Positions 1 through 14,324 of a stretch of 64,000 nucleotides of DNA are shown here, piece by piece. The translations under genes were made by a program, and so were the position numbers. The notes under the pieces are model-generated. The model searched no databases. It was not told where the DNA came from and worked only from the letters and a program-made list of their open reading frames with translations. The stretch's first letter is position 1; each line of letters opens with the position of its first letter. Source of the DNA: the human T2T-CHM13v2.0 reference genome, Homo sapiens. The stretch lies in NCBI RefSeq assembly GCF_009914755.1, contig NC_060947.1, one strand, 5' to 3'.

Positions 1-116
1 GCTATGGGGTTTTGCCATGTTGACCAGGCTGGTCTTGAACTCCTGACCTCAGGTGATCCACTTGCCTCAGTCTGCCAAAGTGCTGGGATTACAGGTGTGA
101 GCCACCCTGCCTGGCC
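1..116 (-). mobile_element. Alu left arm, cut by the window edge
   Basis: Reverse-complement Alu left arm ending ...gggattacaggtgtgagccaccctgcctggcc. Confidence 0.9.
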
Positions 117-231
117 TCATGTGAGCATTTTAATTGCCACTAAAAGATATGATGGGCTGTGATTTTGTTTCATGGTAAAGTGAGCCACACAGCAAAGTAC
201 ATTTAAACACGCTGTAGCAAGATAGCTATTC

Positions 232-1230
<999 letters not shown>

Positions 1231-1689
1231 AAACCAATTACACTGCTTCTAAAAGTCATAATTTAAAAAGTCAAGCGATAGAAAATGCATTTGTTGATTT
1301 AATCATTTGTCTAGTTAATAAATCACACAATGTCTAGTGTATTGATGTAGATTGAACTCCACATGGGCCTAAATTGTGTTAATCCCACTTGCTGAATTCT
1401 TTACTCAGGCAGGGAGGTCAGAATGGGAACTCCTGGCTACACTCCACATCTCAGCAGGGAACAGCATGTGCCGTCTTGCCTGTCTGCTCCTGCAGATCAG
1501 TAGCAACCTGTCTGAAGTGCAAATAGAGAACCAGTCTGGGGATGTGTCTGGGCTAAGCAGAGAAAATCACTTCGAGAAATCACTGATGTCTGCCAAGGGC
1601 TGGGAGAAAGGAGGACACCGGGGCATTCAATTAGCACACCTGCCCTCATCAGTCCGAATGCTATTTCAGTGCAAACTTTTATTGCATTG

Positions 1690-2041
1690 TGTCTTAGTCC
1701 ATTTCACGCTGCTGATAAAGACATATCTGAGACTGGGAAGAAAAAGAGGTTTCATTGGACTTACAGTTCCATATTGCTGGAGAGGCCTCAGAATCATGGC
1801 AGGAGGTGAAAGGCACTTCTTACATGGCGACAGCAAGAGAAAATGAGGAAGATGCAAAAGCGGAAACCCCTCATAAAACCATCAGATCTCATGAGACCCA
1901 CCCACTACCATGAGAACAGTATGGGGGAAACCGCCCCCATGATTCAAATTATCTCCCACTGGGTCCCTCCCACAACACATGGGAATTACAAGAGTACAAT
2001 TCAAGATGAGATTTGGGTGGGGACACAGCCAAACCATATCA
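1690..2041 (-). mobile_element. THE1-type MaLR solo LTR
   Basis: tgtcttagtccatttcacgctgctgataaagacata...gacacagccaaaccatatca; 5-bp TSD cattg on both sides. Confidence 0.92.
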
Positions 2042-2269
2042 CATTGGTAACATGCTTGCCTGTGTAGTTTTAGGAATGTGCTTCTCCAGCCTACTAAAAC
2101 CTAATTTTAACATAGACTATCTCATTTCAATTTTTAAAGATTTTTCTAACAGCTTTTTTGGGGAAAAAAGATTTATACCAGTTTATTTACTGAAACGAAG
2201 ATAATAGATTTGTTTGTAAATATCTCCTAATTATGCAATATGGAAACTTCAAAGGAAAGTGAGCGTCTG

Positions 2270-2585
2270 TTTGTTGTTGTTGTTTTGTTTTGTTTCGTTT
2301 TTGAGATAGGGTCTCAATCTGTCACCCAGGCTGGAGTGCAGTGGTGCAATTCTGGCTCACTGTAGCCTTGACCTCCTGGGCTCAGGTAATCCTCCTGCCT
2401 CAACCTCCTGAGTAGCTGGGGCTGCAGGTGTGCACCACCATGCCCAGCTAACATTTATATTTTTTGTAGAGACGAGGTCTCATTGTGTTGCCCAGGCTGG
2501 TCTCAAACTCCTGGACTCGAGCGATCCTCCTGCCTTGGCCTAATAAAGTTCTGGGATTACAGGCGTGAGCCACTACGCCTAGCCT
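2270..2585 (-). mobile_element. Alu (J-like)
   Basis: Reverse-complement dimer with (GTT/GTTTT)n tail. Confidence 0.92.
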
Positions 2586-2699
2586 CCATTTTTAACATCT
2601 TATAACGCCTAGAAGAGATCACTTGATTTCCAGGCACATCGTGTTCTATCACTGGTTTCTTCAAAATTTATTAGAGCAATTTTATCTTGTGTATATTTG

Positions 2700-3560
2700 T
2701 TAATAATTGTATCACAAATGATTTAATATTGTAATTATTATAATATTTATTGTTAAAAATGCAAATAATATATATTATATAAGTATATGTGTCTTTAAGT
2801 ATATTTTATAAGTTATATAGGTGTATAAGATATATTATAAAATTATATCATATTCATGAAATACACACTATATTATATTATATATAATATATTGCATATA
2901 AGTTACACGTGGTGGCTCATGCCTGTAATCCCAGCACTTTGGGAGGCCAACGCAGGTGGATCATAAGGTCAGGAGATCGAAACCATCCTGGTCAACATGA
3001 TGAAACCCCATCTCTACTAAAAATACAAAAATTAGCCAGCTGTGGTGCGGCTACTCGGGAACCAGAGGCAAGAGAATTGCTTGAACTCAGGAGGCGGAGG
3101 TTGCAGTAAGCTGAGATCTCGCCACTGCACTCCAGCCTGGGCGACGCAGTGAGACTCTGTCTCAAAAAAAAAAGTTACATATGAATATATAACTTGCATC
3201 ATAACATAAATATCTTTCTGTAATATGTAATATCTATGTTATTGATGATATATTCATTCTATTATATAATATATTCATATATTATATTTATATATTTGTA
3301 TATTATATATTATACATTCATTTAAATATATCTAATGTTTATCTAATCAAGTTATCTAATTATCTAACTTAAAAACATCTAAATAAAATTTATATTTTAT
3401 AGTATTATAGCAATACATTTAAATGTATCAGCATCAATATATTGTGTATTATGAAATATTTATGTATTACAATAAATTCATATTTATTCAGACATGTATA
3501 CATTTAAGTTATGCACTTAAATATGTATGAATATCTTATGCAGATTTCAATATTAATTAG
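2700..3560. repeat. AT-rich low-complexity region containing an Alu
   Basis: Degenerate (TA)n/(TAT)n runs. Confidence 0.8.
2908..3171 (+). mobile_element. AluS with slight 5' truncation and a small internal deletion
   Basis: Right arm lacks the usual gcctgtaatccca; TSD aagttaca 2900-2907 / 3172-3179. Confidence 0.9.
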
Positions 3561-4389
3561 ATAAGCATGCAAACATATTTTCCCTTTGCCTTTAGGGAGT
3601 TCATTATTCTGTATAAGCTTTCCTTCTTTTTCAACTGGAAAAAGCATAAATAAACTTGAGTTAAAATCTAAATGTTTGATCTGTTTATTCCAACATTTCT
3701 TACACTTAGTTTATCTGTCTATGGCTCATACGACTTACATGGATTGCTTGAAAGAGTTATTGGTAGGGTTATGGTAGGTTTATTGGGGTAGGGGTTTAAG
3801 CAGAATTAAATGTAGGAAACTGAGTTCCCCCTAGAAGCACAAGCAGAGACTAGGATTTGAGGGTAAGGTGTTTATGGGGCGGTGATACCAGGAAGGACCC
3901 ATCGGAGAACCAGAAAATGAGACAGTGGAGGCCCCATTCCAGAAACCTTCATTGAGCTAATCCGAGCGTTTGACCTGGGGCTGCACATTTTTGGCGAACA
4001 CCCGAGTTGTTTCTGAAGCAAGTAGAATACGGATCGTGCATCTCCCAGAGGATACTCTGATTTGAAGGAATCTCCTGTTTACACTGGCTCATTGGCTTTT
4101 TTGAGTGATAACCCTGACGGGGCCCATGACAGGTCAATTTCACCTTGAGAAAGAGTAGTTCAGGGACACTGGCTCTTTTGTTAACCTTCCTAGTTACTCA
4201 CAAGGGTGCCCAATGGCTCACAGGTGAGAAGACCAAGGTACAGCGGGGGGGGGTCGGCAGTCAATTCCTACCACTAGAAATGACTCACGTTGTGGCCCAG
4301 TAATTCCTGATGTACAGTGCATTATTACTGGATAAATGGCTGCCTCCTGGGAAGATAGAGAGTTCACAGGCCCTCACCCATTTGCCAAC

Positions 4390-5030
4390 TTATTAATTTT
4401 CTGTGGCTGTTGTCACAAATTGCTATAAACTTAGTTGCTTAAATGATGCAAATTTATTTTCTTACACTTCTACAGTTCAGTAATTCTGGAGGTGAGAAGT
4501 TCAACAAGAGCTTCATTGGGCTAAAATCAAGATGTCGGTAGGCTCAGCGTCACGCAATGTAACAATGTAATAAACCTGCACATGTAACCCTTAATCACAA
4601 GTACAAGTTGGCAGTTATTTTAAAAAATAAAAACCTTCACCAAGAATGAAAAATCCTTGTGAATTTCCTTCTGGAATCTCTTTTGAACAGATGTATGGTG
4701 TATTCATTTTTTAAACCTGATCTTTGGTCTGGTACAAATGTTGATTTTTTTCCTAATTTTTACATTAAATCATTCCTTAAAGTGGTTATAATTATAAAAG
4801 TGAAAAAAAAAACAATAGCAAAAAGGTGTCAGTAGGGCTGCATTCTATTAGAGAAGATGTTGGGCAGAATTCATTTCCTTGCTTTTCAAGGATGGTGGCA
4901 GAATTGTTTCTTGTGGTTGTAGAATCGAGGTCTCCCTTTCTGGCTGGCTATAAACTGAACATCATTTCCAGCTTCCAGAGACCACCATACTCATCTCTCT
5001 TCGACTCTGGCTCATGTCTGCCATGGAATC
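4390..5030 (-). mobile_element. Old MLT1 LTR interrupted by an L1 insertion
   Basis: ctgttgtcacaaattgctataaacttagttgcttaaa...aaaatcaag[insert]gtgtcagtagggctgcattc. Confidence 0.7.
4543..4822 (+). mobile_element. Very short L1 3' end with a probable 3' transduction and poly(A)
   Basis: L1 terminus ctcagcgtcacgcaat...aaacctgcacatgtaaccc, then ~175 nt of non-L1 sequence and an A tail; TSD aagatgtcggtagg (4529-4542) / aaggtgtcagtagg (4823-4836). Confidence 0.75.
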
Positions 5031-5370
5031 TTGTCTCCCCCTGATAGCCCAGAACTGCCCCAAATGCTGACCAATTTTGACACACAGAGTTCTCAATAGG
5101 CTCAGCTCCTCAGCTGATAGGCACTGAATCCAAGCACATCTGACAGCCACACCAAGGCCATGGTGCTCCAAAGGAGCATTCAAAGCTCTTTCAGTGTACA
5201 CTACCACACTCTCCACCCAGTGTCTGAGCATGGCTCACGGGCCTGGGGCCCGTGTTGACCCAAACTCTTGGTCAGTGTGCTAACCCACCTGATATTTCTC
5301 ATTGATTTTGATGTTGCCTCTAACCTGAAGGGTATTAGTTTGGTACACTTGCTGTAAAAAATTACCTCCT

Positions 5371-7275
<1,905 letters not shown>

Positions 7276-7328
7276 TGACCTCCTACTGGGTGGCTGAAAG
7301 CAACATAAATGTATTATCTCCCAGTTCT

Positions 7329-7539
7329 GTTTTTTTCAAAATTCGTTAATTTTTGTGGGTACATAGGAGGTGTATATGTTTATGGGATATCTGCAATGTT
7401 TTGATACAGGCATGCAATACATAACAATCACATCACAGAGAATGGGGTATCCAGCCTCTCAAGCATTTACCCTTTGTGTTGCCAATAATCCAATTATACT
7501 CTTTTAGTTATTTTTAAATGTAAAAGTAAGTCATTTTTG
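7329..7539 (-). mobile_element. L1 (L1MA-like) 3' end
   Basis: ttttgtgggtacataggaggtgtatatg...; TSD atctcccagttct (7316-7328) / atctcctagttct (7540-7552). Confidence 0.85.
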
Positions 7540-8608
7540 ATCTCCTAGTTCTCTTCTTGGCCTCTCCCTAGCTTCCAGTAGCCACTGGCAATCCTTGGCA
7601 TTCCTGGACCTGTGGCTGCATCACTGCAGTCCCTGTCTCCATCTCCATGTGGCCTTCTCCTCTGTGTCTGTGTATCCTCTTCCGTCTCCTAGAAGGACAC
7701 CTGCCATTGCATTTAGGGCCCAACCTAATCCAGGATGATCTCATTTTGAGATCCTTGACTTAGGTATATCTGCAAAGACCCTATTTGCAAATGAGGTCCC
7801 ATTCACAGGATCCGGGCATTAGGACATAGATATATCTTTCCAAGACCACAGTTTAAGCCACTACAGGTGTCCTTAGTTCCCTCTGGAGGCTCTAGGGGAG
7901 GGTCCTTCCTGCCTCTCCCAGCTCCTGGGGGCTCCAGGCATCCCTGGGCTTGTGGCTGCATCAATCCAGTCTCTGCCTCTGTCTCCACATGGCCTTCACC
8001 TCTGTATCTGTATCTCCTCTTCTGTCTCTTACAAGTACACCTGTCATTGCATTTAGGGTACTGAATCCAGCATGACTTCATCTTGACATCCCGTACTAAT
8101 TACATTTACAAAGACTCAATTTCCAAATAAGGTCCTATTTCAAAATTTCGAGCAGACATGGAATTTTTTTTAGTGGGGAAGGTGGGGAGAAGACACAGAA
8201 TACCTGTTGTGTTCCCCGCATCCTCTGGCTCCCGCTGTTTTCTCCTAGCCAGTGGGATCCTGGTCTCTCACATCTAGCCATTACCTGGAATCTTGCCTGC
8301 AGGGAGCTACCCCAACCCCCTGCCCTGACTGGCTCTGATTGGGTTATGTATTCCCCGTCTAATTGTATCACCACAATTATCACAACGTATATCTCATGAT
8401 CATCATCCCCAGTTTAGGGACTTTACCTTCCACCATCCTTTCATTAAAATGGTTTATTAAGGTGCTTACTGCAAGTTAGACTATGTAAGTGGATACATTT
8501 TAAAAATAACTGAATTGAACAACATAATTTGACCTCCTACTCTCTGTTTGTCCTAGAAAAAAGCAGTAAGTACACATGAATTAGAGTCTTAAAATATGAG
8601 AGCTTTTC

Positions 8609-8925
8609 AGGTTGGGCGCGGTGGCTGACGCCTGTGATCCCAACACTTGGGGAGGCCAAGGCAGGAGGAGCACTTGAGCCCAGGATTTCAAGACCAGGTG
8701 GGCAACATGATGAGACCCCTGTCTCTACAAAAAATACAAAAAAATTAGCTGGTGTGGTAGCACGCACCTGTAGTTCCAGCTACTCAGGAGGCTAAGGTGG
8801 GAGGATCACTTGAGCTCAGGAGGTGGAGGCTGCAGTGAGCTATAATCAGACAACTGCATTCCAGCCTGGGCAATAGAGCAAGACCCTGCCTCAAAATAAA
8901 ATAAAGTAAAATAAAATAAAATAAA
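8609..8925 (+). mobile_element. AluJ-like with (AAAAT)n tail
   Basis: Full dimer flanked by a ~100-bp direct repeat. Confidence 0.93.
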
Positions 8926-9970
8926 ATATGAATTGAACAACGTAATTTGATCTCCTGCCCTGTGTCCATCCTAGAAAAAAGCACTAGGTGCCCTTGAATT
9001 CGAATCTTAAAATATGAGACCTTTGTTCTAAATGAACCACCCACAATCTCCACACCTGTTGTGAAGAAGTAACTAAAATGCCCGGATTTTGTTTACTTAG
9101 CAGAATCCCCTATATCCCTAAGTGACTCATAGCCTGTTGCTGTTATGTAACAGCTTGCTAGAGAGACTAAACATTTCAGGATTGTTAAGGGAACAAAATG
9201 CAAGTAAGGTGTTCCTACAGAAACGTTGCCCCTGGCTATGAACACCTATGAGACACTTGGAAAATGATGTCATTTTGTTTTGTTTTGTGGGAAGACAGAT
9301 ACACTGCATATTGTCCACATATGGAAACCATAGTCTGAGTATATAACCTGGGTGGCCAAATTAGTTGCAAACAAAGATACAGTAGCAATAATAGAGTGTA
9401 ACCCTGATAGAAAGGAGAATGAACAGATCCACAATAGGTCAGAAGATCTGAAGTTGCATCCACCTTTATTCATTAGGAAGCCTACAAAAAGCAGGAAACA
9501 GTAGCTAATGTGCTTAATTCATGTTTAAAGAGTAATTGAAGTAACAGGTATCAGTGTGTTTTCAAAAGAAATAAAATTCAATGGCTGCAGTTTCCTATCT
9601 GGTTATATAATTCCCATGTAGTTGTATCACCCAATTGATGACTAAGTTAAACCCACAACACCCTTGCCAAGGCCTGCCCAGCCTCCAGCGATAGGCAGTG
9701 ATATTTCAATTCGTTTAGGGGTAGGTCTGTTCCACATTCCACCAGCTCTATTGTGTGGGTTTTCCTTTTAGGGAGACAAAAATCCACCTCTAGGTAAGTT
9801 TCATGGATCACAGGTACACCGCTAGGGACCCTGTAGAATGTCTGTGATACTTCGACTACACAGCAGCCCTTCAAATCTTAAATGGCACACGCACAAAAAT
9901 AATCATGCTTCCTGTGTCTTAATTTGGTTTAGAATAAATATGCACTCATGCATTGTTGAGGTTAAGAGTC

Positions 9971-10332
9971 TGCTATGGTCTGCATGTCTATGTCCCACCC
10001 CAAATTCATATACTGAAATCCTCACCAAAAGGTGATGGTATTGGGAGGTATGGCCTTTGGGAGGTGATGAGGTCATAAGGTAGAGCCTCATGAGTGGAAT
10101 CAGTGCCCTTAGAAAAAGGGCCCCAGAAAGTTCTCTCGCCCCTTCCACCATGTAAGGACACAGCGAGAAGGCTCCATCTTAATCCAGGAAGCAGGTCCTA
10201 ACAAGACACTGAATCTGCCCTGCCTTGACCTTGGACTCCCAGCCTCCAGAAATGTGAGCAGGAAATGTCTGCTGTTTGTGAGCCCCCCAGGCTATGGTAT
10301 TTTGCTAGAGAAGTCTGAGTAGACTAGAATAC
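9971..10332 (+). mobile_element. MLT1A-like LTR
   Basis: tgctatggtctgcatgtc...ccaaattcatatactgaaatcctcacc...tatggtattttgct...gactagaatac. Confidence 0.85.
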
Positions 10333-10640
10333 GTTCCTTACACCAACTTTCGCTTTTCTATATTTCCTCAAATTCAAGCACTCAGTGCCAGGAGTATCTG
10401 GATGAGACCAGGTTGCGAATCCTTACTAGACACTGAATCTGCCATTCCTTGATATTAGACTCCCAGCCCCAGGACTATGGGAAATCAATGTCTGCTGTTT
10501 ATAAGCCATGCAATCTAAGGTATTTTGTTACAGAAGTCTGAATTGACTGGGATACAGTTTCTTATAGCAGCATTCACTCTACTATATGCCTTCAAAATGG
10601 AGCACTCAGCACTGTGGGTATCCAGGGAGACCAGGTTGGG
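10205..10640 (+). repeat. Two-copy ~224-bp tandem duplication (LTR 3' end plus flank)
   Basis: agacactgaatctgcc...agaagtctga...cactcag...gagaccaggttg at 10205-10415 and 10429-10638. Confidence 0.8.
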
Positions 10641-10814
10641 ATGACTGTTGGTGCCTACACTTCAGCTGATTGGAGCTGAATATCACAGCACATTGTTTGA
10701 TTTAGACAGGTATTTGTCAGTCTTGGTTTACATTCAACCAGTTGTAGACATTCCTAAAAGTTTTTCAAGCCACTCTTTCATCTCTGCTCATCAGGTATGG
10801 TGTGGAGAGGTTCA

Positions 10815-11150
10815 GAACACCTGCCTTATCCAGGTGGGTCTGCTATCATCACAGGGATCCTTACAAAAGGGAAGTGGGAGAGTCAAAGCTACAGAAAAGA
10901 CACAGGCTGCAGGCTGCAGGTTGGCATGATATAATTTGAAGATATAGGAAGCAGTCATGAGCCAAGGAATGTAGACAGCCTCTAGAAGCTGGAAACAGAA
11001 AGAAATCGTTTTTCTCCTAAAATACTCAAAACACAGCTCTGCAGACATCTTTATTTTATTCTGATGTCCAAAAGTGTAACAGAATAAATGGGTGTTGTTT
11101 TAAGCAATGACATGGGTGATAATTTGTGACAGCAGCCACAGACTTGCACA
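10815..11150 (+). mobile_element. MLT1 (D-like) LTR
   Basis: ttatccaggtgggtc...gagccaaggaatgtagacagcctctagaagctggaa...gataatttgtgacagcagccacaga. Confidence 0.75.
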
Positions 11151-11450
11151 CTCATCGTCCTGCTGGTCAACCTTCCCTACAAGAGAAATGCACCCCAGGT
11201 CCTTTGCACCTGCTGGCCCCTCTGCTTGGAAGCTTCTTTCTCCAAATGCTGAATGATTTATTCCAACACCACCTCCTCCGAGTGGCTTTTCATCTGTCCC
11301 TTTCCAAAATAATCTTCTCCTTTCCTTTTGCCCTGATTCACTTTTGGAAACAGTTCCTATGTGAGTTTAGAGTTTATTTTACTGCATTTGATTCTCTCAC
11401 TAGAATGTGAGCTCAATGGAAGCTTCAGCGTTCTCACCCATGACCCTGTC

Positions 11451-11472
11451 TAGGGTTAGGGTTAGGGTTAGG
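11451..11472 (+). repeat. Short interstitial telomere-like repeat (TTAGGG)n
   Basis: tagggttagggttagggttagg. Confidence 0.85.
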
Positions 11473-11706
11473 CAATCTGGAGCCATCAATAGCTATTGAA
11501 TGAACAAGCATGGCCAGGTCTATGTTTAGAGGGTCAACTTCTGGACAGGGACATAATATCTTCTTAAGCAGCGAGGAAGTCAGCAAGAGCCATATATCTG
11601 CCATAGGGAAAGAGTAGAAGCACACATATTGCAAGTGGAAATCAGAGTTAGGGGACACTCCATGGGTCTCTCTGATTCTGAGACACCCGACTGCATGGTG
11701 AGATAT

Positions 11707-12060
11707 TGTATTAGTCCATTTTCACACTGCTGATAAAGACATACCTGAGACTGGGAAATTTATAAAAGAAAGAGGTTTAATGGACTTACAGTTCCACTTG
11801 GCTGGGGAGGCCTCAGAATCATGGCAGAAAGCAAGGAAGAGCAAGTCACGTCTTACATGGATGGCAGCAGGCAAAGTGAGAGCTTGTGCAGGGAAACTCC
11901 CCTTTATAAAACCATCAGATCTTATGAGATTTATTCACTATCACAAGAACAGCATAAGAAAGACCTGCCCCCATGATTCAATTACCTCCCACCAGGCCCC
12001 TCCCACAACACGTGGGAATTCAAGATGAGATTTGGGTGGGGACACAACCAAACCATATCA
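11707..12060 (-). mobile_element. THE1 solo LTR
   Basis: tgtattagtccattttcacactgctgataaagacatacc...ggacacaaccaaaccatatca. Confidence 0.93.
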
Positions 12061-13173
12061 GACTTCTTCCATAAGTGGTTTTGGCTCCAGACACACAGTG
12101 AAGTCACCTGTGATGACCATTAAGCTGACTTTGGAAGTCACCTGTGAGCTTCCAAAAACACCTGCGCCTATGGTTCTAACTACATAGATTTGACTTCACT
12201 GGACCTGGATGTAGTCTGAATTCTGGGAGTGCAAATGTTCTTCTTGTGAGTCTAACAACCTCTAAATGGATATGATAATGCCTAGATCCCAAGACAGAAA
12301 CAAATGTATAGTGAGCATCAAACTGGTTTGGGATGTGGGAGGCAGAGGATGCCATGGGTCAGGGAAAATGGGAGATCCTGAATTTGCCAATCTTTCTTAT
12401 AAAGAAGGTTATATTTTCCTCAGAAGAGTAAATCAAACCCAATTTTAAACTTGATTTAGACAAAACATGTGTCTGCACATGGGTGTCTATCCCTTAAGGA
12501 TGTAAGAGTTGTTGTACTATCCATCTATATTTATGACATATAGTTCTCTACAGGGAGAAAAATGCTGTAATTTTCTTTTATTTGAGGCCAACTCTGTTTT
12601 TTGGCCATGTGTTCAGCCATAAGTGGAACTGGCTGACTTTTAATTTTCCACGAGTATCATAAAGAATAGAAATGGAAAGTAATAAAGAGAAAGTGATTGA
12701 GTGGGCAATATTTTCCTTTTAGCTCCCAAAGAGAATGGCCAATATTTTTCAACCCTAAGGAATGTCTGTCATTTATTCTCAGAAGCAATGTAGGAATTCA
12801 TGGGCTACCTCAAGAGATGCCATGAGAACAAAAGTGTAGACCCAAAACAAAGGTAGCTAGTGTCAGCACGTGATGTATGATGCAATTTGAAGACCAGGGA
12901 GAATTTGAAGGGATAAAAGGAGGGACATTGTGTCTCACAATAGAATCACGTAAGGGAAAAGATGTGCAGTGTGCCAAGTGAGTGTTTTCCAATTGGCAGT
13001 AGACAACAACTCTTCTACTGAGAAATAGTATGGGGGGAAGGAGAAAGAGAAGGCTAGAGATATGTTGCCTCTCTATTGGAACAACTCTTTGAAAAATGTG
13101 TATAGAAAACTTCTAAGTGTCCCAAGACCACAGACATATAGGATGTAGATTTGGCCATGGACCTTTGGCAATG

Positions 13174-13958
13174 GAACATTTGTACTCCCAGAATCCAGAC
13201 TACACCCAGGACCAATGAAGTCCAATCCCTATAGGCAGAACCATTGGTGCAGGTGTTTCTGGATGCTCACAGGTGACTTCCAAAGTAAACTTAAAGGCCA
13301 TCACAGGTAACTGGGGCCCAGACCACTCAAGGAAGGAGGCTCACAATGTGGTTGGGTGTCTCAGAATCAGAGAGACCCATGCAGTGTCCCCTAACTCTGA
13401 TTTCCACTGGCAATAGGTGCACTTCTACTCTTTCCCTATGACAGCCTGATGGCTCTTGCTGTCCTCCTCACTGCTTAAGAAGATATTATGTCCCTGTCCA
13501 GAAGTCGACCCTCTAAACATAGACCTGGCCATGCTCATTCATTCTTTCAATAGCTATTGATGGCTCCAGGATGCCTAACCCTAACCTAACCCTACTGCTA
13601 ACCCTAACCCTACCCCTACCCCTAACCCTAGACAGGGCCATGAGTGAGAACACTGACGTTTCCATTGAGTTCACATTCTAGACAAAGAGTCAGACACAGT
13701 ACAATAAACACTAACCTCACATAGGAACTGTTTCCAAAAGTGAATCAGGGCAAAGAGGAAGGAGAAGGTAATTTTGGAAAGGGACAGGTGAAAAGCTATT
13801 CTGAGGAGGTGGTGTTGGAATAAATAATTCAGTTTTTGGAGAAAGAAGATTCCAAGAAGAGGGGCCAGCAGGTGCAAAAGGCCTGGGGTGCATTTGTCTT
13901 GTGGGAAATTTGAACAGCAGGATGATGAGTGTGTGAGTCTCCTGTGGTTGCTGTTACA
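13174..13958 (-). repeat. Right arm of inverted duplication A
   Basis: Colinear reverse complement of 11126-12240 without the THE1. Confidence 0.92.
13574..13630 (-). repeat. Degenerate interstitial telomere-like repeat (CCCTAA)n
   Basis: cctaaccctaacctaaccctactgctaaccctaaccctacccctacccctaacccta. Confidence 0.85.
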
Positions 13959-14324
13959 TGGGTCTGTAGGGTGATAAAATGAGAACATTTTAGTCAAATA
14001 TTTCAGTGCCCAGTTTGAGGACAGTAGGTTGATAGACCAGCCAGGAATATTCCAGGCTTTCTCTCATCCATTTGCAAGACTGAAACTGGCCTTGTCTGTA
14101 CCATGTTTCAATAACAGGCTGCCTTATTAACATGTACTCCTGTAGGATAGGAAAAACGCTGACTCAATAACACTGCCTGAAAAAAAATGCAACAAAATAT
14201 GTTTTTCCTCTTTCTCCCTCTCTTCTTATTCCTCCTCCCTCTCCTCTAATTGTATAAAGTGATATCTTATTATCTTCATTTTTATTTCTCATTACATTTT
14301 GATTTTGGCATCTCCTCGTACTCA

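Larger units (their letters stand above)
11126..12240 (+). repeat. Left arm of inverted duplication A (contains a THE1 insertion)
   Basis: Reverse complement of 13174-13958; ORF-track peptides 11126..11410(+) and 13671..13997(-) are homologous. Confidence 0.92.

Noticed and set aside
11451-13630. Ancestral telomere-telomere fusion site
   Set aside because: The arrays are tiny, 2 kb apart and at homologous positions of an inverted duplication. There is no subtelomeric repeat context.
11126-13997. Pair of homologous ~95-108-aa ORFs as a duplicated small gene
   Set aside because: Both use non-ATG starts and have no recognisable domain or splice structure. The homology simply reflects the inverted duplication.
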